Made by a program: the position numbers and the translations under genes
The notes under the pieces: generated by a model
What the model saw: the letters and a program-made list of their open reading frames with translations, nothing else
What the model was told of the DNA's origin: nothing
Databases searched by the model: none
DNA from: Acanthaster planci
Taxonomy: Eukaryota
Assembly: GCF_001949145.1 (NCBI RefSeq)
Contig: NW_019091359.1
Coordinates: 1,934,540 to 1,998,539, forward strand
DNA length: 64,000 nt
Direction: 5' to 3'
Shown: positions 53,223 to 64,000 of the stretch, piece by piece
Layout of the letters: every line of letters starts with the position of its first letter
Position numbering within the stretch: position 1 is the first letter of the stretch

Positions 53223-56045
53223 GCTGATCATGCTGGTTTGGTCAAATCTTAGGGATTACAGGATGGTCTGATGGCCTCCTGTGCAACTGCTTGTCCTTAA
53301 AAGTTTTAGGCTGTGGCTTGCAATGACATACAAACCTATGGAGAGTCCTGAAGCCATCGCCTAGCGGCTGTCATTGATGTTATATGCAGCCATGACCTTA
53401 ACTTCCTGGCACAGCCCTTGTATCACGATACTGTCTGTTCCAGTTGGTTGTAGTGGGTTGATCGTGGAACTCTATAATGACAAATTTTACCTTCAAGGAA
53501 AGATGCAGTGGACATTCAGCTCAAGCTGTTATCATGCTTATTACTATGTGTTACAATAAAAACAAGATTTTGAATACATTTCAATTGATGTTTTAATTAA
53601 TTTAATTGAAGAAGGTGGTAATGTGTCCATTCTCAGACTGTCCTTTCATGAGTATATTTTAGGCATCATCCCCAAATTGACGAAGTGTTCCAGGATGAAG
53701 ACATTTCACGGAATCACGGAGAGCAGGCGAATCCCTGCCAAACAAAAGAGCCGTTAGCAACCTGGTGGCTCCGCGGACAGAACGCAATATGCTAGCTTTA
53801 TGCAAATTACCAACCTCATGAATACCCCCGATCTTCCGCGTATCGGCTGGCAATCTTTGGCAGGGCAAATCCCTTGGAATTAGCATGTGGCCAAGTTTCC
53901 GCTGACCGGCCGGTGGACTTCCAGTTAGAACAAGATCGGCCGCCAACTTAAAAACTACAGAAGTCGGCCGGCCGCCCTGGTGGGAATTCCAAAATGGATG
54001 CATACGTTTAGGTACATATACTGTGCAGGATTTGCATGTACTGCAGTTTGCCAAAATTGACCGATTTGGGGGTTTGTGACTTAATTATTTTATGTATTAT
54101 TCAAGGGACTGTTTCAGCTTTTCAGCACACTGCTCCGAGAAAATCTAGAAATTTTCTGAGAAACAAAATTCTCGAAAATGACAGAATTTCTGGTGGTAAG
54201 ATTTCACAAATTGTCTGACGCTATCATGTACTTACTTTACAATAAGATATTTCAAAATAATTTGACAGAAAGCTGTCTGGCAATCATAAAATAAGTCACA
54301 GCATAAAAACGTGCTGCCATCACAACAATTACTAGGTTTGTTGTGAGATTAAAGTTTTCTGAGCATGAGATATGCCTACAAACACCCAGTCACGTGAAGG
54401 AACAAAGAAAAGGACCAGCGGCTAAACCACCTTTCAAGAGCGACAGCTTGTGCTGCAGCCAAACCGCCAGATCGAGCCCAAAATCATCGAACATGGCACT
54501 TTCGAACCAAACCAAACCAAACAACGCATGCACTGGTCAGTTTGGATGTACGACTTTGATATCGCATGGTATTGATAGCAAACGGAATGCAATTAAAAAA
54601 AACTTAATAAAAAAGCAACATAACGAAAAATGGAAAAACAAGTTTCAGTACATTATATTCCACATCCGTGCTCGGCAGATGTGCAAGTACATCCACACGT
54701 GGTGCGTAGAGCAGGTATGTACAGTAAATTTCCGATGGCCCCGGATCATATGATGGTGTAAAATGCACGTGGTGAGAATTCACCAATAACCCACCAAGAA
54801 CACGCAAGGTACGGCATTTCAGCTGTAGAACATTACTAAATTCTCACTACATCCAATTGTGGACATGCATATTCAGACCGACATTATGTATGCTAATCTC
54901 CAATATTCACGCCCTTATGTTCCACATTAGGCCAATGATGTTATAAATGAACGTGCAGAACAAATTTTGATTAGATGCTGCTCGCAGTTGGACTTGTATT
55001 CGATCGAAGGCAACTACGGAGGGGGAAAAAACAATTTTGCCAGGCGGAGTGACAAAAAAAGAAATGTCTTTAATTCCTTACTTTAAATGCCCTCTCAAAA
55101 AGCTGTTTCGGACAAGAGTCCAGAGTCGCACACGATTTGGAAATATTAAGCATGCTTGCAAAAATGGAGGAGAAACTACTGAAAGGGATGGTGGGAGAAG
55201 AACTAATTGGTATTTTCAGCAGGTGAAACTTAGCATATTGGATGTATCCTTTGTGTATTCATGCCATAAAAACAGGCAGATGTCAGAGAACAAGGAGAAG
55301 AAATATAGTACAATGGCATTATTGGGATCTGAGCAATGGGCTCATTCTTGGAATAGTAGCAGTGATGAACTCTTTTTTGGGGGGGGTCCCACGTTGGGCA
55401 TAAATACATAAAGCCATAAGTCCACCCTAGGGTCCTTACATTCTAGGGCATGTTGTGTACCACATGCTGCATTGTTAACCAGACTTGACATGACCCCAAG
55501 CCAAATTAACATCATCTTGTTAATGGTCCGTGGTTCTGTTTGAGCAGTTGTTGGAATTCATTATACACATGTCACGGGGTAATTTTATTTCTGTATGACT
55601 TGTATGTTTTATGATCTAATATATTGTGTCTGACCTGGTCCTGGCTGTTGAAGATTTCCAAAAGGTCAGTGGGTCAATCCTGGAGGCTTCCATCATTCCT
55701 GGTATGATTTCAATAGAAAATGGTACATCCATTCTTGAGTCTTAAGTAGTGCAGCATTTTCAGTTCATAAATTATTTGAGTGAATGATTTTAAGTTCCAC
55801 AAATACCTAGGATGTCACTTGTCACAAAAGTATACAAGAACTATCGAGTTCTTGTTGGGTATAAATAAGCTGTTGTTAAGGTCCTTCATTTTCATGTGGT
55901 GAATGCTTCGTAATCACATGCACTTTCCAGTGGCAAATATGTTATTTCAATTAAACACTGCAAAAACAAATTGACGGGAATGTAAAAGCAATCCAAATAG
56001 GCCCCCTATAAGAAACCTAAATTGGACATTGAACTTTTCTACCAT

Positions 56046-56135
56046 GAGCTGAAGTGCACCCCCATCGGCAAAAGAAAGAAAGATGGGCTCTTCCACGCGT
56101 TCTGCGTGTAAGCAAAGACCAGAGCGGAATAAATT
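56046..56135 (+). repeat. Interspersed repeat fragment, copy 2 (GAG-initiated)
   Basis: Matches 25398-25540, and the similarity begins at essentially the same GAG boundary. Confidence 0.7.
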
Positions 56136-58920
56136 CATTACGCGTACTCTGCGTGCTCCACGTCATACTTGCGCATGCCTGTGTGGTGAGTCCGTTGTTG
56201 GTACTGAAAGGCCCGTCAATTTTCATTTACAAACACGCCCTCTTCTGCTCTGCTCTGATTGGATAGGCCCAACATGAATGATTATTTCCTCTGGTGTGAA
56301 AAAAAAATCCTGTGAAGGAATTTTAATTTGAATTTTCTTGTTTAAAAGGTTTTTTAAATAGACAAGTTATTGTTTTGTATCAATTGATGCAAGTGTTGAA
56401 GTCTGATTTGAGAAAAAATTGATAAAGAAATTCATTTTGAGTAATTGTATCAACAGTGACAAATGCCTTTCATGTTCTACATGGAATCCTTCTCTGAATA
56501 GTACTCTTGTTCATCATCGTTCATTGACTGGTGTTGACCGGCAATAATGCGTTTTTGATCTGCCCATCTCACGTCAGCTCTCTTGTTGATGAGTGGCTGC
56601 AGTTTATTTTCTGAGTCTCGCAATTGCCACACGGTGAAATCATCACATATCACTGTCAGTGCACTGCTCACGCAATGCCATTTGCGAGGAGAACCGGTTT
56701 GTAGAGAGGCAAGTTACCAGTCACCCTCAGCGAAAAAGTAATTCACACTTCCACGCACATCTGCCAGCTGGTGAACAGATAGCAGGCCCTAATGATATTG
56801 CCACCAGTGGCAGCTCATAGACAAGCACTTGCCAATAATCACACCATCTCCCCCATGCTATATCATTGGTTACCGGCCTGGGGACTGCGGCATACTACAA
56901 GGGGCTCTAGTTATCATCAAACAATGCCGAAAGGATGGGGGGGGGTTTGCATAGTTACTTGATGGTATGCCTACAATACGTGTTTATACAGTTGCTCCGT
57001 GTAGACAAAAGTAGCTGAACAAATACTGTTTGAGGAATAACTGATATTTGATTTTAAAGCCGGTATATGCCGCTTTCTTTAGAATCCTGTTGCATTACTG
57101 TAATCTGCTTATTGCAAATAAGTCCACCCATCAGCCCAAGCATCAGTCAGTGAGCCTGATTGAAGTATGGTAAATGTAGCTTTGCTTAGAGCTCTCACTC
57201 TGCCAAACTTGCCCAAGTTTTTCCTGAGACCTGATTATCTACCCTTTTTTGGCAGTGTTGACACCACTCATGTTGATAACCGGGCTAAAGTGTCAGACAG
57301 TGTTGTATTGTAAGATGGGGGCTATGCTGCATGGCAGCCACCGCACCTTCCGTTAGCTCAGGTGGTGTTTTGGGTTCGGCAAGCTTAAAAGGGAGCCTAT
57401 CAGCCAATAACACAGATTGGCAAACACATTAGGTCCTTACTTGTTAGGTTTGACACATTGGATGATATCTTGAGTGTTTGTTTTGAGACCAGAGTCAGAG
57501 GAGAATGACCAGTCTATTTATGACTCTTGGGTGTGAAGTGCACTTTGCTAAACAGCTGTTGGAGTCTACCTGTGGAAAGTACATTACACTCTGAAGTCAA
57601 GATTTGGGTCCAATTTAACAAAATGCTCAGCAAATATGCTTACTACTCGCAGCTTGTTCAACTACACCCCTGGCTTCTTCTAAAAACGCCAAATTTCACT
57701 AGCCAGTTCTTGTTCTGCAGTATTTTTTCCCCAAAAGCAATTATTCTGAAGAAGTCCAGGAACAGACACTGTGAGCAAGTCTGCTTTCACTCATCAGTAA
57801 TTCACTGTGAGGTTTGAAACATTCTGACCCATTTCCAAATTCCGTAATTTAGATGAATGCCTTGGTGATCCTGGGGGGAATCTGGTGTTGGTTCTGAAAC
57901 TGTTCAGAAAGACTGCAGCGTGCCCTGGCTTCGATGTGTATTTTTCAAAGGAAAAGTTGAGGGAGAGCCATGCTCCGCTAGGTTGACACAAGCCAGAAGT
58001 GTCTTATGGGTAAACAAGAACTCAAACAGCCTTCAGGAACTTGACTTGCGGTCAACAGCAAGAGGAATCCCAATCATTTTGTTCTATTTTCAGGACCAGT
58101 CGTAAATCTACCAGTCTCTTGGAATTGTACATATCTGCCCAGTGTATACATTGATGTTAGGTCTTGCTGATTGATAAACAGTTTGTTTGTTGCCCTTAGT
58201 GTTTTTTCTTTGTTATAGAATGAAAGGTACATGTATTGCAGCTATGGCCAGTTTGCTGTTGACGACTTAAAGCACAAAGAAAAGTTTCTTGGTGTGTTTG
58301 GTGGTGGTGCATTTTTTGGGTGAGGATTAATTACAGTCACAATACTGCAAATAATCCTTAGTAGTACCAGTGGGGAGAAAAAGATCGCAGTACAAGTATT
58401 TTGTCAGTTCCTGCCAAGGGCTTCATCTTGCCGTGGTTTTTACTCAGCTGTTCTCGTACATGTACTTAGGCCAAATTTCAAAACTCTGCTAACTACAGAA
58501 CTTGGCATTGATGGTCACCATTCAGTGCTTCCAGGATTTTAGTTCAAAACCTCTGTGCTGTTGCATTGTTCCTGCGTGCTTGTAATCTGATCATAGAAAG
58601 TTAAATAGCGATAGTCATGTGATTCTTCTAGAATGCACCAAGTAAGCTGCGTTATGACGTAAATTGCAAGACAGCCAACCAACCCTTTAAACAGAAAAAC
58701 AGTATTTGGTAGCCATTGGCTCCTAATGGGGAAATATCTAGGCACCAGCACTTTTATGAAAATTTAGTCATCACGTGTGCTGAATATTCATGAATACACA
58801 CATGTAGTATAAATACCCTGCATTTACATCGTCCATCAATGTCGAAGAATCATGACCTGGCACAGCACATGTCCACCACACAACTTGCATACAAGCGCCA
58901 ATGAGGTCAATCCATGAAAT

Positions 58921-59440
58921 CAGGGTTTTCGCTAAGGGTTCAGCCACTGTATGTTTTGACGTCCATGGTTTCAGTGTGCCGCAGGACACCCTGCTGCATG
59001 AATTGCACTATTTCTGACACTCTAAATCACAGCGACACCCTTTAATTCTGCATGAGCTCCGTGTCAGGTTTCATTTACGTTGCTGCAAAAAAGCAGCAAA
59101 AAATGGAGCCCATGCCATGCCGTGGTTTGTAAAATGGCCCTGGTGTCCGTATACAGTGCATCAACAACGTATGTTGAGATCGGGAACCAACCAAACCGTG
59201 CGACACATTTACTTGTAAAGTATGGTTATGTACATGTACAGCGCACTCGGTACGACTCGATGCGACTTGCGCTGCCGTTTCTACTTTTCCGAAACGAACT
59301 TTAAGTATACTTTAAATACATTTGTATGTAGTTTTTAAGCTATCTTCAGTCGCAAATGGCGACTAGATGGTGAAAATATGATTGCATTAGCAAAAATTTG
59401 GTCGCATTTGCGACTGATTTAGGCGCTATTTAAAGCATTG
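58921..59440. mobile_element. Possible degenerate hAT-like non-autonomous element
   Basis: Starts CAGGGTTTTCGCTAAG; the end reverse complement is CAATGCTTTAAATAGCG. Subterminal GTCGCA...GCGAC quasi-palindromes lie at ~59349 and 59401, and the interior is CpG-rich. No TSD is preserved. Confidence 0.35.
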
Positions 59441-62400
59441 CAGCCAACATCTTAGTTCTGGGTCAACTTTATCCAAAAAGTCTAAGAGGATGCGACATCT
59501 CAATTACTCCAGAAAGCTCACAGACATCTTGTTGATGAGTTCTAATGGATGACATTCTAGACCCAGTGGCCTACATGATGGTGAACTGTTCATTGAACTT
59601 TTCACATTGGCTGGTCCAGCTGTTGCAGTCCACTGGGAGGATTTTAATGACTGAACGCTTTGGTATCTGACATCCAACATCCATTAACCATGGTCTGGAT
59701 GGGTCCAGTGGGCTTCTTAAGTCTCCAGTCCTCAGGCAAACACTTGCTGTCCATCATTCAAAAAGGAAGGAAAAATATCGCTTGAAAATTATTCCTGGAC
59801 TTGATTAAGAGTGGAGTACTTTTAATATTGGATGTGCCGTTGCAGAGAAGAGAATTATGACAACGTGACAACTGACGGGTTCTGTAGTAAAAGGGAAGTT
59901 GGTTTGTCTTTTTTTTTCAGGGGATGTGTGTTTTTCCAGTAATACTTTAGTGGTGTTTGGAACAAAGTTTAAAATCTGCCAAAATTGGCTTGTCAGGTCC
60001 TAGTTCTGTGGTCACAGCTACGTGTACCTAAATGATTATTTTGTATTGGATGTACTTGGGCATTGATTGTTCCAGCTCAACACAATGCTTTCACGGCATC
60101 CTTCCCGATTGTTCATTGTTCCATCCTCCCAATAGAGTCCACTTGTCTAACAGAGGAACTGATGTTCTTTCAGTTTGCCCACAATTTTTACCTCAGACAT
60201 CAACAAAATCTTTTTACCCCTTACTAAATCCATTGCCAAATATGCACACATTTGGCAGGCTGTGCTGGTCCAGAGAACAGTAACCACTCTTTACCCTCTC
60301 AGTACCACCGACCATGTTTGAGGTTTTTGTTGTGGCTGATAGGAAGGAATGCCTTCAATACCATATTGGCTAAATTGATGATGTACTGCTCTGGCATGTT
60401 CTGCATCACTTGTTTTCCCCTTCTTTCGCTGTACAGGTTATTATTAATTCCTTCGAGCAGGCGTCTAACTTCAACATGTTCACGCTGAAGTTGTGGTTGT
60501 TGTGGGTTGGGGGGGGGAATCTTGTAAAGACTTCCATTATTACCATATCACAACATTTCAAACAATCAAACCTACTTTTTATCCTTTATCCGTGTAATTC
60601 ACACAATTTCACATTTTGGTCTATAGATGCACTGAGCATTTCCAGCACACCCATACTTTGCCTACATGTACGGATAGTTGTTTTGAAAATGCCATTTTTT
60701 CCGTTAATGGTGGGGCTGATTTTTAAAACATCAATGCAATGGAGGTCAAACATTTGGACTACTTGGACTGTGACATAAGAAAAAATGTCAGATGGGAGAA
60801 AAAGAAATGTAGTCCCACCATCCCATCATCCCTTGTCTCTGTCAGGGTTAAGTTTCCAGTAAGGCAGTAATTCTTAAGCAGCTGTCTTTCTTTAGTGCTG
60901 AAGAAATGGTACTTGGGATTCCAAAGTAAATTCTGTTTGTATGATCAGCCTTGGTTACGGAAATTATATTGAACAATATCATTATTGAAACTGTTAGTGG
61001 TGTTGAATAGACTTTAATTTAAAATGCTTTAATCCAAGTGGCACTTTCTACTGTGTGTTGTCACATTCTTTCACAAAGATTGTCCTCAAATACTGTTGTG
61101 TACAATACAGGTATTCTTTTTTTTTTAAAGCCCCAGTTTATCCCACATACCAGTGTCTGTGTTTACTTCTGATAGAACAAAGCTGGGGGAGAAAAGCAAC
61201 ACTTTCTGTGAATGGCATTTGTCCTGTCCTAAAAGGTGTTTACAAGAATGAGACACATGTACTCAAAGGAGCCTTTGGTGCAGTGCCATAGTCGGCTAGT
61301 AGTGGAACAATTGAGTTCCAGTGCAGGGAAGTGTCTCCATGGAGAAAGCCTTAAGATAATGGGTCCATTTGGAGGCAACTTCTAAGGTGTCCGCCTTCTG
61401 GTGGGAGCTATAATCTGGTCAGGGGAGAGCCTGGCTTGGGCAAAGGAGCCGACAAGGATGGGGAACAAGGAGGAGGAATTTGAGGCACAATGACCAGGGT
61501 GGAGTGATCACACAATGGCATTGTGCCCAGGTGCTTGTTGTGGTCTAAAGCAGCTGTTTGGAATCCAAAAAAGAAAAGCCATGTGGAGGCAGACCGATGA
61601 CTCAGACAGTTTGGTGAGGTCAGGCCTGTGCTTGAAGTCTGTGCAAGAAAATATTGGACATTTCATTTTGGAATAAGGGGAATGCCTCTGTGCAAATGTT
61701 CTGACTGCAGTGAGCAAAAGTAGAGACTGAAGCAAATTACACATTTGAAAATTGCTTTTGAATTTCAAACAATACCAATTCCAAATCTCTCAATATGTTA
61801 GGTGTGGAATATACTTGTGTCACTGTTATACATTGCACATTAGTGGCTCAAGTTACTTTTTTTTAAAGATGGAATTTCAATTTATGTAAAAGCCAATATC
61901 ATGCATGTAGCTTTTCCCTTTAGCACCTGATTTTTGCATGCACCCTGGCCTGATCTTTTTTTTTCATGATGAGGTTGTGGCAGCAGTGAAGCCTACATCC
62001 TCTTTTTCCTGAGCATCTTGAAACAGCCAAAATACCCATTCTGGCCCAAATGGTCGTAATTAAAAAAAAAAATTATTCATGTGTATCCTGTCCTGGTTTG
62101 AGTCATTTGGGGGGTTCTGGTCAACCCCAGCAAGTTGACTAGTAAAGGTCCACGGAAGCCTTGTTTCCTATGGGCAAGTCTGACCTCTTTTTGACCTTGA
62201 AAGCCCAATTAGAGTGCCACATGATAAATTGGGGTGTTGTAATTTACTGAACAATATTTAACATTCCCTGACCACCAATATTTGGCACCCATAACCCTGG
62301 ACTGCCAGACTAAACAAACCTCCCAACAGGGCACCCATTAAGGGGACAATTCTCTGTAAGCATTTCAACAAGCTAATAATTGCTCTTTGAGCATTACTGT

Positions 62401-64000
62401 GGGATACAAAGTAGATAGGTACCACCTGTTAGATAGGGGGAATTTACTCCATGGATGTAACTGTTTGAAGTGCCACCAAGCAAAGTCTGGTACCCCCAGC
62501 TTCAATATATGCAATGTGTGTAATGCGTGGAATTGATAAACAGTTCACCATGGTCCAGCCCGACCTCTGACCCATGCAAACCTCCCCCCCCCCTTTGTTT
62601 CCTCACCCACTGTTTCTACTTACCACTACCCAGGTTCAGAGTTTCATGCAGGATTGAAACGTGTGTCTGTCCCTTCTCAAAAAAGGTTAAAGACTGCTTT
62701 CCCCTACAAAAAAATTTTTGAAACTGATACCCGTTGGTAGTAGTTGAATCCATTTAGCAACCTAACTATGTGCAGGGTTTTTAAGGAAATGTACTAAAAG
62801 ATTTATTTACAGCTGTTGATGATTTATGTAAAACAGGGGATTGTGAATTTGATACTTGAAAAACAAATGCCTGTCCAAAACTGTTTTGCCTGGCCTGCCT
62901 TCAGGGCGGGCTGATAGTTTGTTAGATCAGACAGTACCTCATTCTGTTTCTCAGTAATTTTAATTTTTCTTTTCTTTTTCCCGAACATTTTTGTGCCCGA
63001 ACATCACGTCTCTTCTCCACAACTTGGATATCTCTGGAAATATTCTCCAGGTAAGAGTTTTAGATTTCCTTGACTGCTCCGTGGTGCATATTGTATATTG
63101 GCAAACATGGTATTCATGAGCCTGTGATAGTCCCAAGGATTTTCCGGATTCAAGAGGATTACCAGACGGTGGTTTTTGGTGCATGCTGAAAGTATTCAAT
63201 GAACAGTGTGGCTCACTTCAGGAAAAAAATACCAAAAAGGTTTAAATGACGAAGCACTGTGAAACTGTCATACTTGTAGCCTTGATATGGTTGTTTTGTA
63301 TTACATGTACATGCTTTACTTGCTGGTCTAGTTCCTGAAGTTCTACCGTACATTTTTGAAGTGTAGAGAAAAATCTGCAGTGGAAGATTTTGTTTATCTC
63401 ATCCAGTAGTGGTCCTTTCCTTGCACTCCCCATTACAGGCACTTTCAATTGTTGCCTTAGGTGGCATTCATCCCAAATTACGGGATAGAAAAAAATCAAA
63501 GCTTGCTACAAGCACCAGCGGGCACAGGACACGAGACATTGAACTTTAGAACAAATAAACATTAGGTTGCCATAAAGATCCCTAAGAGTAAGAAGCATCA
63601 CCTGGAGAAGAAATATGGGTTGATCCTCTGGGGAGAGCTGTAGAATCACAACTCGGAGTGTGCCACCAAGGAATGTGCACTCTAGACAGTTTACGATTAT
63701 TTTAGCAAGGCAGATCCAGAAGTTGGACCAGATGTATCCCTGCCTTGGGTTTGTGAGGTATTGGATTACCTCTGAACTCCCCCTTCCGCATGTCAATTCA
63801 TTGGATGAGAGGTGAAGTTTGTTAGGGGAGTTGAAGACACTGGAAGCGGTCAATGACATCAGAGGCTGACTGTCTTCTGATGTCCAAGGTCTTGGTTGGA
63901 AGAATCCTTTGAAAGGATTTAAACAGTTTGGAAGGGGTGTCAAACATCTCCAGGTCCACCTGGTTCAACTTATTGTGTCCGGCTGTAGTTACATGAATAC

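Larger units (their letters stand above)
209..64000 (+). other. Probable very large intron of the PDZ gene, running beyond the window end
   Basis: GT donor at 209. I found no AG-preceded exon encoding the expected PDZ continuation (VNG.DL...TH..AV..F). The rest of the window lacks recognisable protein homology and is rich in transposon fragments. A small exon could have been missed or could lie in a gap. Confidence 0.55.

Noticed and set aside
62979..63050. LRR-like peptide LHNLDISGNILQ ending at a CAG|GTAAGA donor
   Set aside because: In-frame TAA at 62961-62963, with no ATG or acceptor AG between it and the motif; a single repeat only, so likely chance.
339..63943. Numerous 60-170 aa ORFs in the six-frame track (e.g. 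339-839, 2674-3123, 26023-26493, 43780-44232, 63506-63943)
   Set aside because: No recognisable domains, random-like composition, many non-ATG starts and overlaps on both strands; consistent with chance in intronic DNA.
1..64000. tRNA, rRNA, snRNA or conserved bilaterian miRNA genes
   Set aside because: None recognised by eye; tRNAscan-SE and Infernal would be needed to exclude them.

Overview
Eukaryotic (most likely invertebrate animal) genomic DNA, about 40% GC by eye, with two assembly gaps (35708-36593, 43565-43618). The only well-supported coding feature is one 96-nt phase-0 internal exon (113-208, + strand) encoding the middle of a PDZ domain. It resembles PDZ1 of the PDZRN3/PDZRN4 (LNX3/4) RING-PDZ E3 ligase family. 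I found no following exon, so the remaining ~63.8 kb is most simply read as one very large intron. That intron holds non-autonomous DNA transposons: a TTAA-flanked Kolobok/T2-like MITE, two copies of a ~370-bp fold-back MITE, a pogo/Tc1-like element spanning the large gap, and hAT-like and GAG-terminal fragments. It also shows a strong excess of the palindrome TACATGTA, CpG-rich patches on a CpG-poor background, and a few enhancer-like motif clusters, including nuclear-receptor DR1/DR5 sites. The other ORFs in the track look spurious. I see no convincing evidence of a novel multi-gene system; the findings are hypotheses about intron, transposon and regulatory biology.
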